Assembly (NCBI GenBank): GCA_038881595.1
Contig: JAVZPM010000005.1
Span: 1-36,563 of the forward strand
From: Candidatus Micrarchaeia archaeon
GTDB lineage: Archaea; Micrarchaeota; Micrarchaeia; CABMEP01
Direction of reading: 5' to 3'
Length of the DNA: 36,563 nucleotides
This document shows positions 9,160 through 17,643 of this stretch, one piece after another. A program made the translations under genes and the position numbers. Positions within the stretch are counted from its first letter, which is position 1. The number at the start of each line of letters is the position of its first letter. The notes beneath the pieces were generated by a model. That model had not been told where the DNA came from. It made no database searches and worked only from the letters and a program-made list of their open reading frames with translations.

Positions 9160-9405
9160 ATGGGAAACGTAATGGTAACCGCAAAAATTTATTCAGAGGA
9201 TCCATCTAAATTTGAATCAATAAAGGCAGAGATAGCAAAAATAGGTAGACTTGCAGATTCAAGAATAGAAGATATTGGATTTGGAGTTAAAGCTCTCAAG
9301 GTTCTTTTCATCGTGCCGGATAATTTGGGCGGAGACATGGAAGAAAAGCTAAATTCAATCGAAGGTGTTAGTCAGGCTCAAATAGAAGAAGTCAGTCTTA
9401 TCTAA
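9160..9405 (+). CDS. ef1b: Translation elongation factor aEF-1beta
   Basis: MGNVMVTAKI...EDIGFGVKALKV...IEGVSQAQIEEVSLI, 81 aa. Confidence 0.93.
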   Translation: MGNVMVTAKIYSEDPSKFESIKAEIAKIGRLADSRIEDIGFGVKALKVLFIVPDNLGGDMEEKLNSIEGVSQAQIEEVSLI

Positions 9406-9433
9406 ATCAGAAATGAACATTGAGGTTGTTTTA

Positions 9434-9799
9434 ATGAAGAAAGTTAAAAAAGAAACATCTACTATTAAAAGAGTGGAAAAAATAGAGGCAGGTCTGAAGA
9501 CGAAGTTTATATCTTATCTTATGTTAATTCTTGCTTCTTCTATATTCTTATGGTTTACAATGTTCAGCGATGTCGCACTAATAGCATGGGTTTTAATAGC
9601 TATAATTGGTGGTTATATTATACTAAATTATGACCTTTTCGTATCTAAAGCATTGGTTTTTTTATCCGCTATCGTAATGGAGTATATAGTGCTAAGTAGT
9701 TTTTCAAACCTTTTAATCTGGGGATCGCCAGGCAATATACTTCTTATCACATTTATAGTTCTTGATATGGTTCTTATCTACGCATTGTCAAAACTATAA
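9434..9799 (+). CDS. Small membrane protein (about 4 TM)
   Basis: Basic N-terminus then hydrophobic helices; ATG 9434 follows GAGGT (track start 9413). Confidence 0.75.
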   Translation: MKKVKKETSTIKRVEKIEAGLKTKFISYLMLILASSIFLWFTMFSDVALIAWVLIAIIGGYIILNYDLFVSKALVFLSAIVMEYIVLSSFSNLLIWGSPGNILLITFIVLDMVLIYALSKL

Positions 9800-9848
9800 T
9801 TTTTTTTAAATAATTTATTTGATCTAATTTTATTTAGTTTTTATCTAT

Positions 9849-10046
9849 TTATTGTGCAAGTCTAATGTCATCAGCAGTAATCGTTTTTCTTCCTGCGTGT
9901 CTTGCAAGTTTTGCAGCCTTTGAAGCAATTTCCATTCCTTTCTGTTCAAGTATCACTGCTAGCGCTTCAGCAGCTTCTCTGCTTACTCTATTCCCGCCTG
10001 CTGCTCTTATAATTCTTTCAACAGATGCTACGGATAAGTTTCCCAT
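9849..10046 (-). CDS. Archaeal histone (HMfA/HMfB type)
   Basis: VERIIR.AG.NRVS..A...LA...A.HAGRKTITADDI histone-fold pattern; SD AAGGTGG. Confidence 0.96.
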   Translation of the reverse strand: MGNLSVASVERIIRAAGGNRVSREAAEALAVILEQKGMEIASKAAKLARHAGRKTITADDIRLAQ

Positions 10047-10057
10047 CGAACCACCTT

Positions 10058-10528
10058 CTACATTAATCTAGAAAATATGTTAATTATCATATCTTGATAT
10101 CCAATAATTCCAGTTATTATCGAAATAATAGCAAACACCGCGGCAGCAGTTGCTATTCTGCAATGGAATTTCATTTTTCCACCAGGTTTTATTAGTATTG
10201 GTAATAGCGAGAGAATCAATGCTAAAAAGCCAGTTATATAATGTATATTTCTTATATCTGCGTTCAGTGAGATGACAAACCCATATTGCCAAGAGAAATA
10301 TAGGCTTGCCAATCCTGTAATAGCCATTATGTAGGCTATTTCTTTATGAAATTTTTTCTGTTTTATTCTGAACTGTATTGCCAGATATACTATTAATACC
10401 GATGAAACAACTGACGTTAAAATGTGCCATAAAGCAGTAGTTTGTCTTCTCCCTAACTGATTGTCATATCTGTAAGCAAATAAATTAGAAAGGATCAAAA
10501 TCAATAAAAATAAAGGTTTGATATTCAT
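10058..10528 (-). CDS. Membrane protein with possible signal peptide and about 4 TM helices
   Basis: Hydrophobic segments each preceded by or containing His (WH, FH, IH, FH), cytochrome b-like spacing unverified. Confidence 0.7.
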   Translation of the reverse strand: MNIKPLFLLILILSNLFAYRYDNQLGRRQTTALWHILTSVVSSVLIVYLAIQFRIKQKKFHKEIAYIMAITGLASLYFSWQYGFVISLNADIRNIHYITGFLALILSLLPILIKPGGKMKFHCRIATAAAVFAIISIITGIIGYQDMIINIFSRLM

Positions 10529-10537
10529 ATTTTCACT

Positions 10538-11611
10538 CTATTTTTTAATATAAACGGTTCTTGTTGGATATGCCATTTTTATTCCTTCTTTCTTAAATCT
10601 CTTTAATATTTCAATATTTATTTCATTTTGTATTCTTGCATAAACATTATACTCATTTGATGAAATTGTGTAAAGTACTTCGTATATTAATGCAGAGTCA
10701 CCAAAGCTTTTGAAGAAAACCCTTTCAACTTTTGTTATTTCCTTTCCTTCATGTTTTCTACTTTCTATTATTTCTTTTATTATATTTGGTATTTTTTCAA
10801 GTTTATTCGAAGGAGTTTCATATGTCACTCCAAATGTGAAGTTTATTCTTCTATAATTCATTTTTTTGTAATTATGTATTATTGAATCAACAAGCATTTT
10901 GTTTGCAACTATTATTTCTTCACCCTGAAGAGACTCTATCCTTGTTGTCTTTAATCCTATCTTTTTAATTGTACCACTCTCATTTCCAACTACTATGAAA
11001 TCTCCTTTCTTGAAAGGCTTGTCAAAATAAATAGAGAATGAAGCAAAAATATCTGCTAGTATATTCTGAAGTGCAAATGCAATTGCAATACCTCCAATAC
11101 CTAAACCAGCTATCAATGCCGTTATATCAAAACCAAGGTTAGATAAAAATAATAGAATTGCAATTAACCATATTATGTACTTTACTATGTCTCTCATAAG
11201 GTGGAGTTGCGAGAAGTCTGTTTCATGATATCTTTTTGTTTGTTCTGCTTCTATTTTTGCAAATAAATGCTCTACTATTTTATGTGAGAATTTAACAACA
11301 TAATATGCGACAGTTACAAGCAAAGAATAGTAGAGCAAGGTGTGTATTATATCTGGCAGAACTAAAAATGTTGTACTTACATATATAGAAAGCACAATAT
11401 AGAAGAAAATATCGATACTATTTACATATTCTACTATCTTGTCATCAAGAGTTGTTTTTGTTCTTTTTGTTATCTCTTTTAGTTGTATAAGAATTATTTT
11501 TTTTATTAAAAATATAACTAGCCATGTAAGTATAAAAATTCCAATCGCAACTAAATAATCAAATACACTATTTCCAAAGATATTAATTTTTAGGATTTCT
11601 TCGTATGTCAT
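10538..11611 (-). CDS. Small-conductance mechanosensitive channel (MscS family)
   Basis: ALIAGLGIGGIAIAFALQNIL, DKPFKKGDFI, FGDSAL, IKMAYPT; ATG 11611 follows GGTGG (track GTG 11620). Confidence 0.95.
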   Translation of the reverse strand: MTYEEILKINIFGNSVFDYLVAIGIFILTWLVIFLIKKIILIQLKEITKRTKTTLDDKIVEYVNSIDIFFYIVLSIYVSTTFLVLPDIIHTLLYYSLLVTVAYYVVKFSHKIVEHLFAKIEAEQTKRYHETDFSQLHLMRDIVKYIIWLIAILLFLSNLGFDITALIAGLGIGGIAIAFALQNILADIFASFSIYFDKPFKKGDFIVVGNESGTIKKIGLKTTRIESLQGEEIIVANKMLVDSIIHNYKKMNYRRINFTFGVTYETPSNKLEKIPNIIKEIIESRKHEGKEITKVERVFFKSFGDSALIYEVLYTISSNEYNVYARIQNEINIEILKRFKKEGIKMAYPTRTVYIKK

Positions 11612-11627
11612 TTTATCCACCCGTTAG

Positions 11628-11713
11628 TGCAGGGGGTGGGATTTGAACCCACGCAGCCACTACGGCACCAACCCCTGAAGCTGGCGCATTTGACCTAGCT
11701 CTGCCACCCCTGC
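11628..11713 (-). tRNA. tRNA-Leu(CAG), no intron, CCA not encoded
   Basis: GCAGGGG acceptor / CCCCTGC-A, anticodon arm CCAGC-TT-CAG-GG-GTTGG, long variable arm, GTGGG-TTCAAAT-CCCAC T-arm. Confidence 0.96.
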
Positions 11714-11843
11714 AATAGATTAATCTAGTAATCGAAGTCGAATAGTGAAACATATATGCAATTTTAAGTTTAAAATATTATCATTGGGTCTATAGAACTA
11801 AATTATTATTTCAACTGATTAGACATCCAATTTGTTAGAAAAT

Positions 11844-11860
11844 GAAACATTTATATATAA
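11844..11860 (+). promoter_or_regulatory. BRE/TATA promoter of the 1088-aa gene (probably leaderless)
   Basis: GAAACA-TTTATATATAA; the TATA core ends about 22 nt before ATG 11879. Confidence 0.55.
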
Positions 11861-11878
11861 AAATAATGTCAAAATATC

Positions 11879-14800
11879 ATGCATAATAACAACTTGAAAG
11901 AGAATAAAACTATTATTAGAAATCAATCAATGGATTCGCAAGAGGATGATTCATTTTTGAATGATACTCCTTTAGATGAAGAACCTTCTTTCGATCCAAA
12001 ACATAATGAACTTCATTTATTTTCAGAAGAAGAGGAGAAGAAAAAGATACAGCCTTTCTGGTTCGTTAGTCATGTTGGTTTTGAGGAGTACGAGTCAAAA
12101 AAGAATCGTCTGATCATGAATTTAAGGAAATGGTCTTTGACCTCCCCTGAAACTGTGACGATTTATATCGATCATCCGATTACAATTTCAACGAATCCGT
12201 TTTATAATTATGACTCATTATCTTCTTATCTCGAGAAATTGAACAGATCCATGGATAAGACAGATAAATACAAAATCACATGTTACATCTCTTATGCAGA
12301 TAGAGATAAAAAAACAGAATTAGAAAAAAAATTTCCTGATTTTGAATTCGTAATTGATAATATCAAATCATCAGTTGTTAACGTAACAGTCCCATACGAA
12401 AAAAGGATATTGGATAATTTTGAAAAGCTGGGCTTTCAAACAAAAAACATTAATAAGTCGATAAGGAGACAGTTGGGCTGGATGTATAAAAAAGTAAAAG
12501 TTTCAAGCGAATTAGAATACATCTTTTCTAAGATTAAGGAGCTTAATGAATTGGATTCTGTTTTGATTGAAAAGATCTCTAAATTTTACGGAAAAGATTC
12601 AAAATACCATGATAAAATGTTGGCTGCAAAAATAACTAGAACAGTTAATGATTTTCGGCATTTTTATTTAGAAGGCTATAAGATTTCAGATTTCTTAATA
12701 GAGAATAATGAGATAGTAAGGAGTAAGCATCCTATGGTATATAGAATTTTTAAGGAAAATGAAAGTTTTGCAAGAGAATTGGAAGAGATCGGAATGAAAT
12801 TTGGAGGTCTTAAGTTTAGTCTTGATCTCACTGCAAAGTCTTTGAACAGTCAGAATTCAGTAATTTACAATTGGGATAACGGTCAGTATGAATTGGTTTT
12901 ACAACCTAAGAGCGAAGTAAATCCATACGTGAAAGGAGGAACAGAACCTGAAGGAATGTTTTTGACAGATGAAAGAATTCCTTATATTTGTTGGAAGTCA
13001 CTTTCAACATGTTTTATAGATATTGAGAAGCCAATGTGGAAAACAGAAGAAGAAAGAAAGATAATACAGGAAATTTCAGAGTTACAAGCAGAGCTCGCAA
13101 ATAAGAATTCAACAAGGGATCCATCTGAGATAAATGAAAAAATTCAGGAATTGACTAAGAAAATGGTAATAAAAACAAATCAGTCTGGAGATGTAAATCT
13201 ACTTGAAGACAGGTATAAAGAGCAAATTTCAAGAGTAATGATTCATCTAAGAAAAGAAGATGGTTCTATAAAAAGATTGTATTTCAAGCTTAGAAATAAA
13301 GCAATCAATGATGAAACAAAAGAAATAAATGGATTCACAGTTCTTTATTTTGACACTGAATATGAATTGCTTAATGCTGTGATTAAATTTGTCAAGCAGG
13401 AAAAACCTTACAGAATTGTAGGCCATGTTATACCTTACGATCTTTCAGAAATAAGAGATAGCGCAAGGAAAAATAAAACCGAACGTTTTGACATAGCAGT
13501 AAAGAAAAAGGAACCAAGGCTTTGGAGAAGGGATTTCTACCAAAAAATATCTCTTGCAGCGCAGGAAATCCTTGATACGCATCGTTTGGCTTCTGTTTGG
13601 TTCCCATATCTTAAGATGAAACCATTTGATCTTTCACATAAGCTTGCAGATGTTGCAAATTTCATATATTTGCAGAAAAAGAGGATGAACATTAAGACAT
13701 TTATGAATTCAGAATTTCATAAAATAGTAACACATGATGAACTTAAAGAGTTAGAGATAATGGCAATAAATGGGAACAAAAATGCAGAATACAAACTCGA
13801 CTTTTATTCTACTCACGATATAGATCCATTGATAGAGATATTTGATTTTGAGCCTACACTTAAGCTTTTGTATAAAGCAGCTGCTATGGTACCGCATATT
13901 CCAATAACAGATGTAGCATTTTCTCCAACTTCAATGAATGAAATATTCCATCTTCGTGAATGGAAGATCCGCCATACTCAGTTGCATTACGGCTACAAAC
14001 AAAAAAAGAGAGAGGATGAAAGGCAGATTTTCAAAAAGAGACTTAATGAATACATGAAAAGGCAGTTGATGGATGAAGGAATACCTCAAATAAAGCCAGG
14101 TTTGTACTATAATGCCTATATGACTTACATTCCATTAGAGCTTATGCTGTCATCAACATTTTTTCCCTCTAAACCAGAATGGAATTTATATTTCAGTACA
14201 TTACATCACGATCCTATAATAAGAATAGCTGAACTTCAATATCCAAAATATTTCATGAGGCAGAATATACATGTTGATTACTACTTATACAGGCGAGAAA
14301 TGGATATTTACAGAGAAATTTTGAGAGTACTTAATATATCTAAAGAGGAAGCAACAAACCTGATGCAGAAGTACTATGTAGCTATTGCAAAGGCAGACGG
14401 TACGGCAATAACTAATCTAAGTAAAAAAGAGCTTGACAAGCGATCTTTAGTTAGACAGTATTATGCTGCATATGAAACCGTCAAGGATAAGTTTAGGTCT
14501 TTTTATATATCATTGAAAACAAAAGATAAAGCAGCAAGTAGAAAAATAAAGAATCATATAAGAAAAGAAAGCACAAGAAGGGAAGATAATCAACTTACGT
14601 TTAATTTCGTTAATTTTTTCGAAAAAGAAAACAGCGACATAATAAAACTCTACAATCTTCCAAGCTATTTAGAGTCTGCTTTAGAAGAATCTTCAAAAGA
14701 GAAATTGAATAGGTTCAAATCACAATTTGAACGTCTTATGGAAATAAAGAATAAGATAGTTTCAATATTAGTCAAGTCTGAATATTCAGATATGACTAAT

Positions 14801-15145
14801 AGGATATCTGCAGAGAATATTATATTTTTGTTCAACCAACATATGCGTGCAATACATTATAAAGATATCTTCAATGCAGTATATCATATAAATCCAGAAG
14901 GTCAGTTTTCTTTTAGAACCCTGATAGATACTGTTTATAAAACAATAGGCGAATGGATACGAGGGAAAAATCTATATGTCATCGGAGCAAAAGGCGATTA
15001 TCTTTTTATTAAAGATAAAGATGGAAAGGATATAGATTTCACCGATTCTCCACTCATTCCAATAAAGAAATTCGAAAAGCTTGATCTAGTTGGAGATGTG
15101 GAAGATACAGATACACTGGTAGAAGAATTAGAAAATTACGATTAA
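11879..15145 (+). CDS. Divergent family-B DNA polymerase derivative: intact DEDDy 3'-5' exonuclease, degenerate polymerase site, no thumb
   Basis: ExoI CFIDIE (D381/E383); ExoII region EYELL...KPYRIVGH...YDL (D521); D....HKLADVA; ExoIII YSTHD (Y643/D647); motif A remnant PGLYYNAYMTY; motif B KDIFNAVY; motif C remnant VIGAKGDYLFI. Confidence 0.78.
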   Translation: MHNNNLKENKTIIRNQSMDSQEDDSFLNDTPLDEEPSFDPKHNELHLFSEEEEKKKIQPFWFVSHVGFEEYESKKNRLIMNLRKWSLTSPETVTIYIDHPITISTNPFYNYDSLSSYLEKLNRSMDKTDKYKITCYISYADRDKKTELEKKFPDFEFVIDNIKSSVVNVTVPYEKRILDNFEKLGFQTKNINKSIRRQLGWMYKKVKVSSELEYIFSKIKELNELDSVLIEKISKFYGKDSKYHDKMLAAKITRTVNDFRHFYLEGYKISDFLIENNEIVRSKHPMVYRIFKENESFARELEEIGMKFGGLKFSLDLTAKSLNSQNSVIYNWDNGQYELVLQPKSEVNPYVKGGTEPEGMFLTDERIPYICWKSLSTCFIDIEKPMWKTEEERKIIQEISELQAELANKNSTRDPSEINEKIQELTKKMVIKTNQSGDVNLLEDRYKEQISRVMIHLRKEDGSIKRLYFKLRNKAINDETKEINGFTVLYFDTEYELLNAVIKFVKQEKPYRIVGHVIPYDLSEIRDSARKNKTERFDIAVKKKEPRLWRRDFYQKISLAAQEILDTHRLASVWFPYLKMKPFDLSHKLADVANFIYLQKKRMNIKTFMNSEFHKIVTHDELKELEIMAINGNKNAEYKLDFYSTHDIDPLIEIFDFEPTLKLLYKAAAMVPHIPITDVAFSPTSMNEIFHLREWKIRHTQLHYGYKQKKREDERQIFKKRLNEYMKRQLMDEGIPQIKPGLYYNAYMTYIPLELMLSSTFFPSKPEWNLYFSTLHHDPIIRIAELQYPKYFMRQNIHVDYYLYRREMDIYREILRVLNISKEEATNLMQKYYVAIAKADGTAITNLSKKELDKRSLVRQYYAAYETVKDKFRSFYISLKTKDKAASRKIKNHIRKESTRREDNQLTFNFVNFFEKENSDIIKLYNLPSYLESALEESSKEKLNRFKSQFERLMEIKNKIVSILVKSEYSDMTNRISAENIIFLFNQHMRAIHYKDIFNAVYHINPEGQFSFRTLIDTVYKTIGEWIRGKNLYVIGAKGDYLFIKDKDGKDIDFTDSPLIPIKKFEKLDLVGDVEDTDTLVEELENYD

Positions 15146-15174
15146 CTGTCAGATGTTACATTAAGATCTTTACA

Positions 15175-15247
15175 TGGGGCCGTCGAGATTTGAACTCGAA
15201 TCACCAGCTCCCGAAGCTGGCAGCGTACCAGGTTAGCCCACGGCCCC
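15175..15247 (-). tRNA. tRNA-Pro(CGG), no intron, CCA not encoded
   Basis: GGGGCCG acceptor / CGGCCCC-A, anticodon arm CCAGC-TT-CGG-GA-GCTGG, TCGAG-TTCAAAT-CTCGA T-arm. Confidence 0.96.
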
Positions 15248-15346
15248 ATAGAAATCGATTAATAATACTTTATCTATTATTGCTGAAATATTTAAACCTA
15301 TATCAATTACAGCAGTTCTTTTAAATTTATATTCGCATATCTTTTT

Positions 15347-17218
15347 ATGTCAATTATAAGTTCAGTTAAGCAGGAAATAGCTCAAAGCCTTTTAGATGCA
15401 ATAATTAGGATTAAATATGAATCAACACTAGAGGAGTGTACAAATTCAATAATTCCTGCAAAACCTGAATTTGGGGATCTGTCTACAAACATATGTTTTA
15501 CCCTTGCTAAAAGATATTCTAAAAACCCTGCAGAATTGGCACAAGAAATTGCAAAAAAGATGAAATGTAGCAAGAAACTAGTTAAGGAAGTTAAGGTGAT
15601 AGGTCCATACATTAACTTTATTTTCAGCGATTCATTCATTCTTTCTATTTTTGCAGATGTTTTAGAGAAGAAAGAAAATTACGGAAAGGGTGAAAACAAA
15701 GGAAAGAAAGTGATTGTAGAGTACCCTTCAGTTAATCCAAATAAGCCATGGCATATAGGCCATCTAAGAAATGCACTTCTTGGTAATTCAATATCAAACA
15801 TACTTGAATTCAATGGATACATTGTAGAGAGGGAAAACTTCATAAATGACTTGGGTTTACAGGTAGCACAAAGCATATGGGGATATCTTACATTGCCTAG
15901 AACAGAAGAGCAGGAAAAGGAGAAATTCGATCTTCTGATTGGAAAGCAATACGTAGAAATAAGTAAGGATCCAACAAAGATAGAATCAGAAGTTAGGAGA
16001 CTAATGAAAAAACTGGATGAAAGGGATCCAGTATCTTCAAAAACAGCAAGAAACATTTGTGAAAGAGTAGTTAGGGCGCAGCTACAAACTGCATTCAATT
16101 ATGAGATTTATGAGGATGTATTGCTTTGGGAAAGTGATTTAATAGGTTTCAAGCTTTATGATTCTATATTTTCAAAAATGTTAAAGTCAGGCATATTTGT
16201 AAAGGAAACAGAAGGTGAAAAGAAAGGATGTGTTGTAGTAAAACTTGATGAATCTGAATTCCCATCACTAAAGTCTGATGAGAAAGTTATAGTTAGATCT
16301 GACGGGGTTCCAACATATACTGCAAAAGATATTGCACTTGCAATGTGGAAATTCGGTCTTGTAGAAGGGAATATGAAATATAGTGTTTTTGAAAAACAGC
16401 CGAATAAGAAATCTCTTTATTCTACAGATATTAATGGTAGGGATGTAAAAGGATTTGGAAAAGGAGACATTGTTGTAAATATAATAGGAGTAGAACAGAC
16501 CTATCTCCAGGATTTAATTCGATATGTTCTTAGGAAAATGGGTTACGAAGCACAGGCTAATAACTATATACATGTTGCATATGAACATGTAACCTTGCCA
16601 GAGGTAGCATTCAGTGGCAGAGAAGGGACATGGCTCGGCTATTCTGCAGATGATCTTTTTGCAGAAGGAATGAAAAGATCTATGGCAGAAATAGAGAAAA
16701 GAATTGAAAAATCGGGAATAAATGAAAAGGAAAAGGAAAAAATTGCAAAACAAATCGTAAACGCAGCAATTAAATTCTCATTCCTTAGGATCTCTCCAAA
16801 CAAGAGAGTTACATTTGAATGGGATAAGGCAATAAGCTTTGAGGGAGATACTGGACCATATCTGCAATACGCAGGTGTGAGGGCTAAGAGAATAATTGAA
16901 AAGTCAAATGTCAAACCTTCAATCAAACCATCATATGCGAAAAATTATTCATTAAATGACAGCGAAAGGCAGCTTGCAAAAATAATTCTTGAATTTGAAT
17001 CTATCATAGAAAAAGCAGCCTCCAGCTACCAACCGAATGTAATCGCAGACTATTCACTTAGACTTGCGGATGCATTCAGTAGGTTTTATGAGTCTACTCC
17101 TGTCATTAAATCAAGCGAAGAAGAACAGAAGATAAGATTAGGTATTACGCAGGCAACTTTATATGTTCTTTCTTCATCTTTGGCTTTGTTAGGAATCTCT
17201 ATACCTGAGAAGATGTAG
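15347..17218 (+). CDS. argS: Arginine--tRNA ligase
   Basis: FGDLS, GPYINF, EYPSVNPNKPWHIGHLRN, FEGDTGPYLQYA, C-terminal LLGISIPEKM. Confidence 0.97.
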   Translation: MSIISSVKQEIAQSLLDAIIRIKYESTLEECTNSIIPAKPEFGDLSTNICFTLAKRYSKNPAELAQEIAKKMKCSKKLVKEVKVIGPYINFIFSDSFILSIFADVLEKKENYGKGENKGKKVIVEYPSVNPNKPWHIGHLRNALLGNSISNILEFNGYIVERENFINDLGLQVAQSIWGYLTLPRTEEQEKEKFDLLIGKQYVEISKDPTKIESEVRRLMKKLDERDPVSSKTARNICERVVRAQLQTAFNYEIYEDVLLWESDLIGFKLYDSIFSKMLKSGIFVKETEGEKKGCVVVKLDESEFPSLKSDEKVIVRSDGVPTYTAKDIALAMWKFGLVEGNMKYSVFEKQPNKKSLYSTDINGRDVKGFGKGDIVVNIIGVEQTYLQDLIRYVLRKMGYEAQANNYIHVAYEHVTLPEVAFSGREGTWLGYSADDLFAEGMKRSMAEIEKRIEKSGINEKEKEKIAKQIVNAAIKFSFLRISPNKRVTFEWDKAISFEGDTGPYLQYAGVRAKRIIEKSNVKPSIKPSYAKNYSLNDSERQLAKIILEFESIIEKAASSYQPNVIADYSLRLADAFSRFYESTPVIKSSEEEQKIRLGITQATLYVLSSSLALLGISIPEKM

Positions 17219-17273
17219 AAACAGCAAGGATCAAGATCAATAGACAAAGAAAAGGTTTATAAATAAGTTATGC

Positions 17274-17534
17274 GTGGTTCTATTACAAAGATTATTTAAA
17301 TGGTACACGAATAATTTTGCAATTCTAAACAAACATTCGGTGCCATTAAATGGTGATCAATTGAAGAAATGGAGTAAAAAGTGGGAAGATAAATCAGAAA
17401 GAACGCTCGGAAAAGAAAATAAAGGAATTTGGCTTAAGATGCTTTCTGAGAAAGATAAAGAATTAAAGAAATTTTTGTTAACAAGAAGAACATCAATATC
17501 GGATAATCAAAGAATAGATAAGGAAACGATATAA
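17274..17534 (+). CDS. Short Lys-rich hypothetical ORF (start uncertain; TTG 17361 follows GGTGA)
   Basis: Fills the intergenic gap; BRE/TATA-like GAAAAGG-TTTATAAA at 17249-17263 and T-tracts after the stop. Confidence 0.35.
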   Translation: MVLLQRLFKWYTNNFAILNKHSVPLNGDQLKKWSKKWEDKSERTLGKENKGIWLKMLSEKDKELKKFLLTRRTSISDNQRIDKETI

Positions 17535-17643
17535 TTCTTTTCTTTTTTTAATACATTTTTAATCATTTAACTTATTTTTTTTATTTAATACTGGATTCTT
17601 CATAGTTTTTTATTTTTTTCCGTATAATTTGTTTTGTGATTTT

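Noticed and set aside
11716..11727. 12-bp palindrome TAGATTAATCTA just upstream of tRNA-Leu
   Set aside because: Short, AT-rich and single copy; expected by chance
11714..11878. attL/attR duplication of a tRNA 3' end bounding the PolB-like gene
   Set aside because: No copy of the tRNA-Pro or tRNA-Leu 3' sequence is present in this spacer, and there is no integrase in the window
14588..14620. NQLTFNFVNFF as a PCNA-interacting (PIP) box
   Set aside because: Spacing does not fit Q-x-x-(L/I/M)-x-x-F-F and the segment is internal; too weak to claim
11879..15145. Calling the 1088-aa ORF a functional replicative PolB, or an intein-containing PolB
   Set aside because: Motif A Asp and the thumb are missing; the insertions show no intein C/S...HN-C/S/T ends or LAGLIDADG motifs
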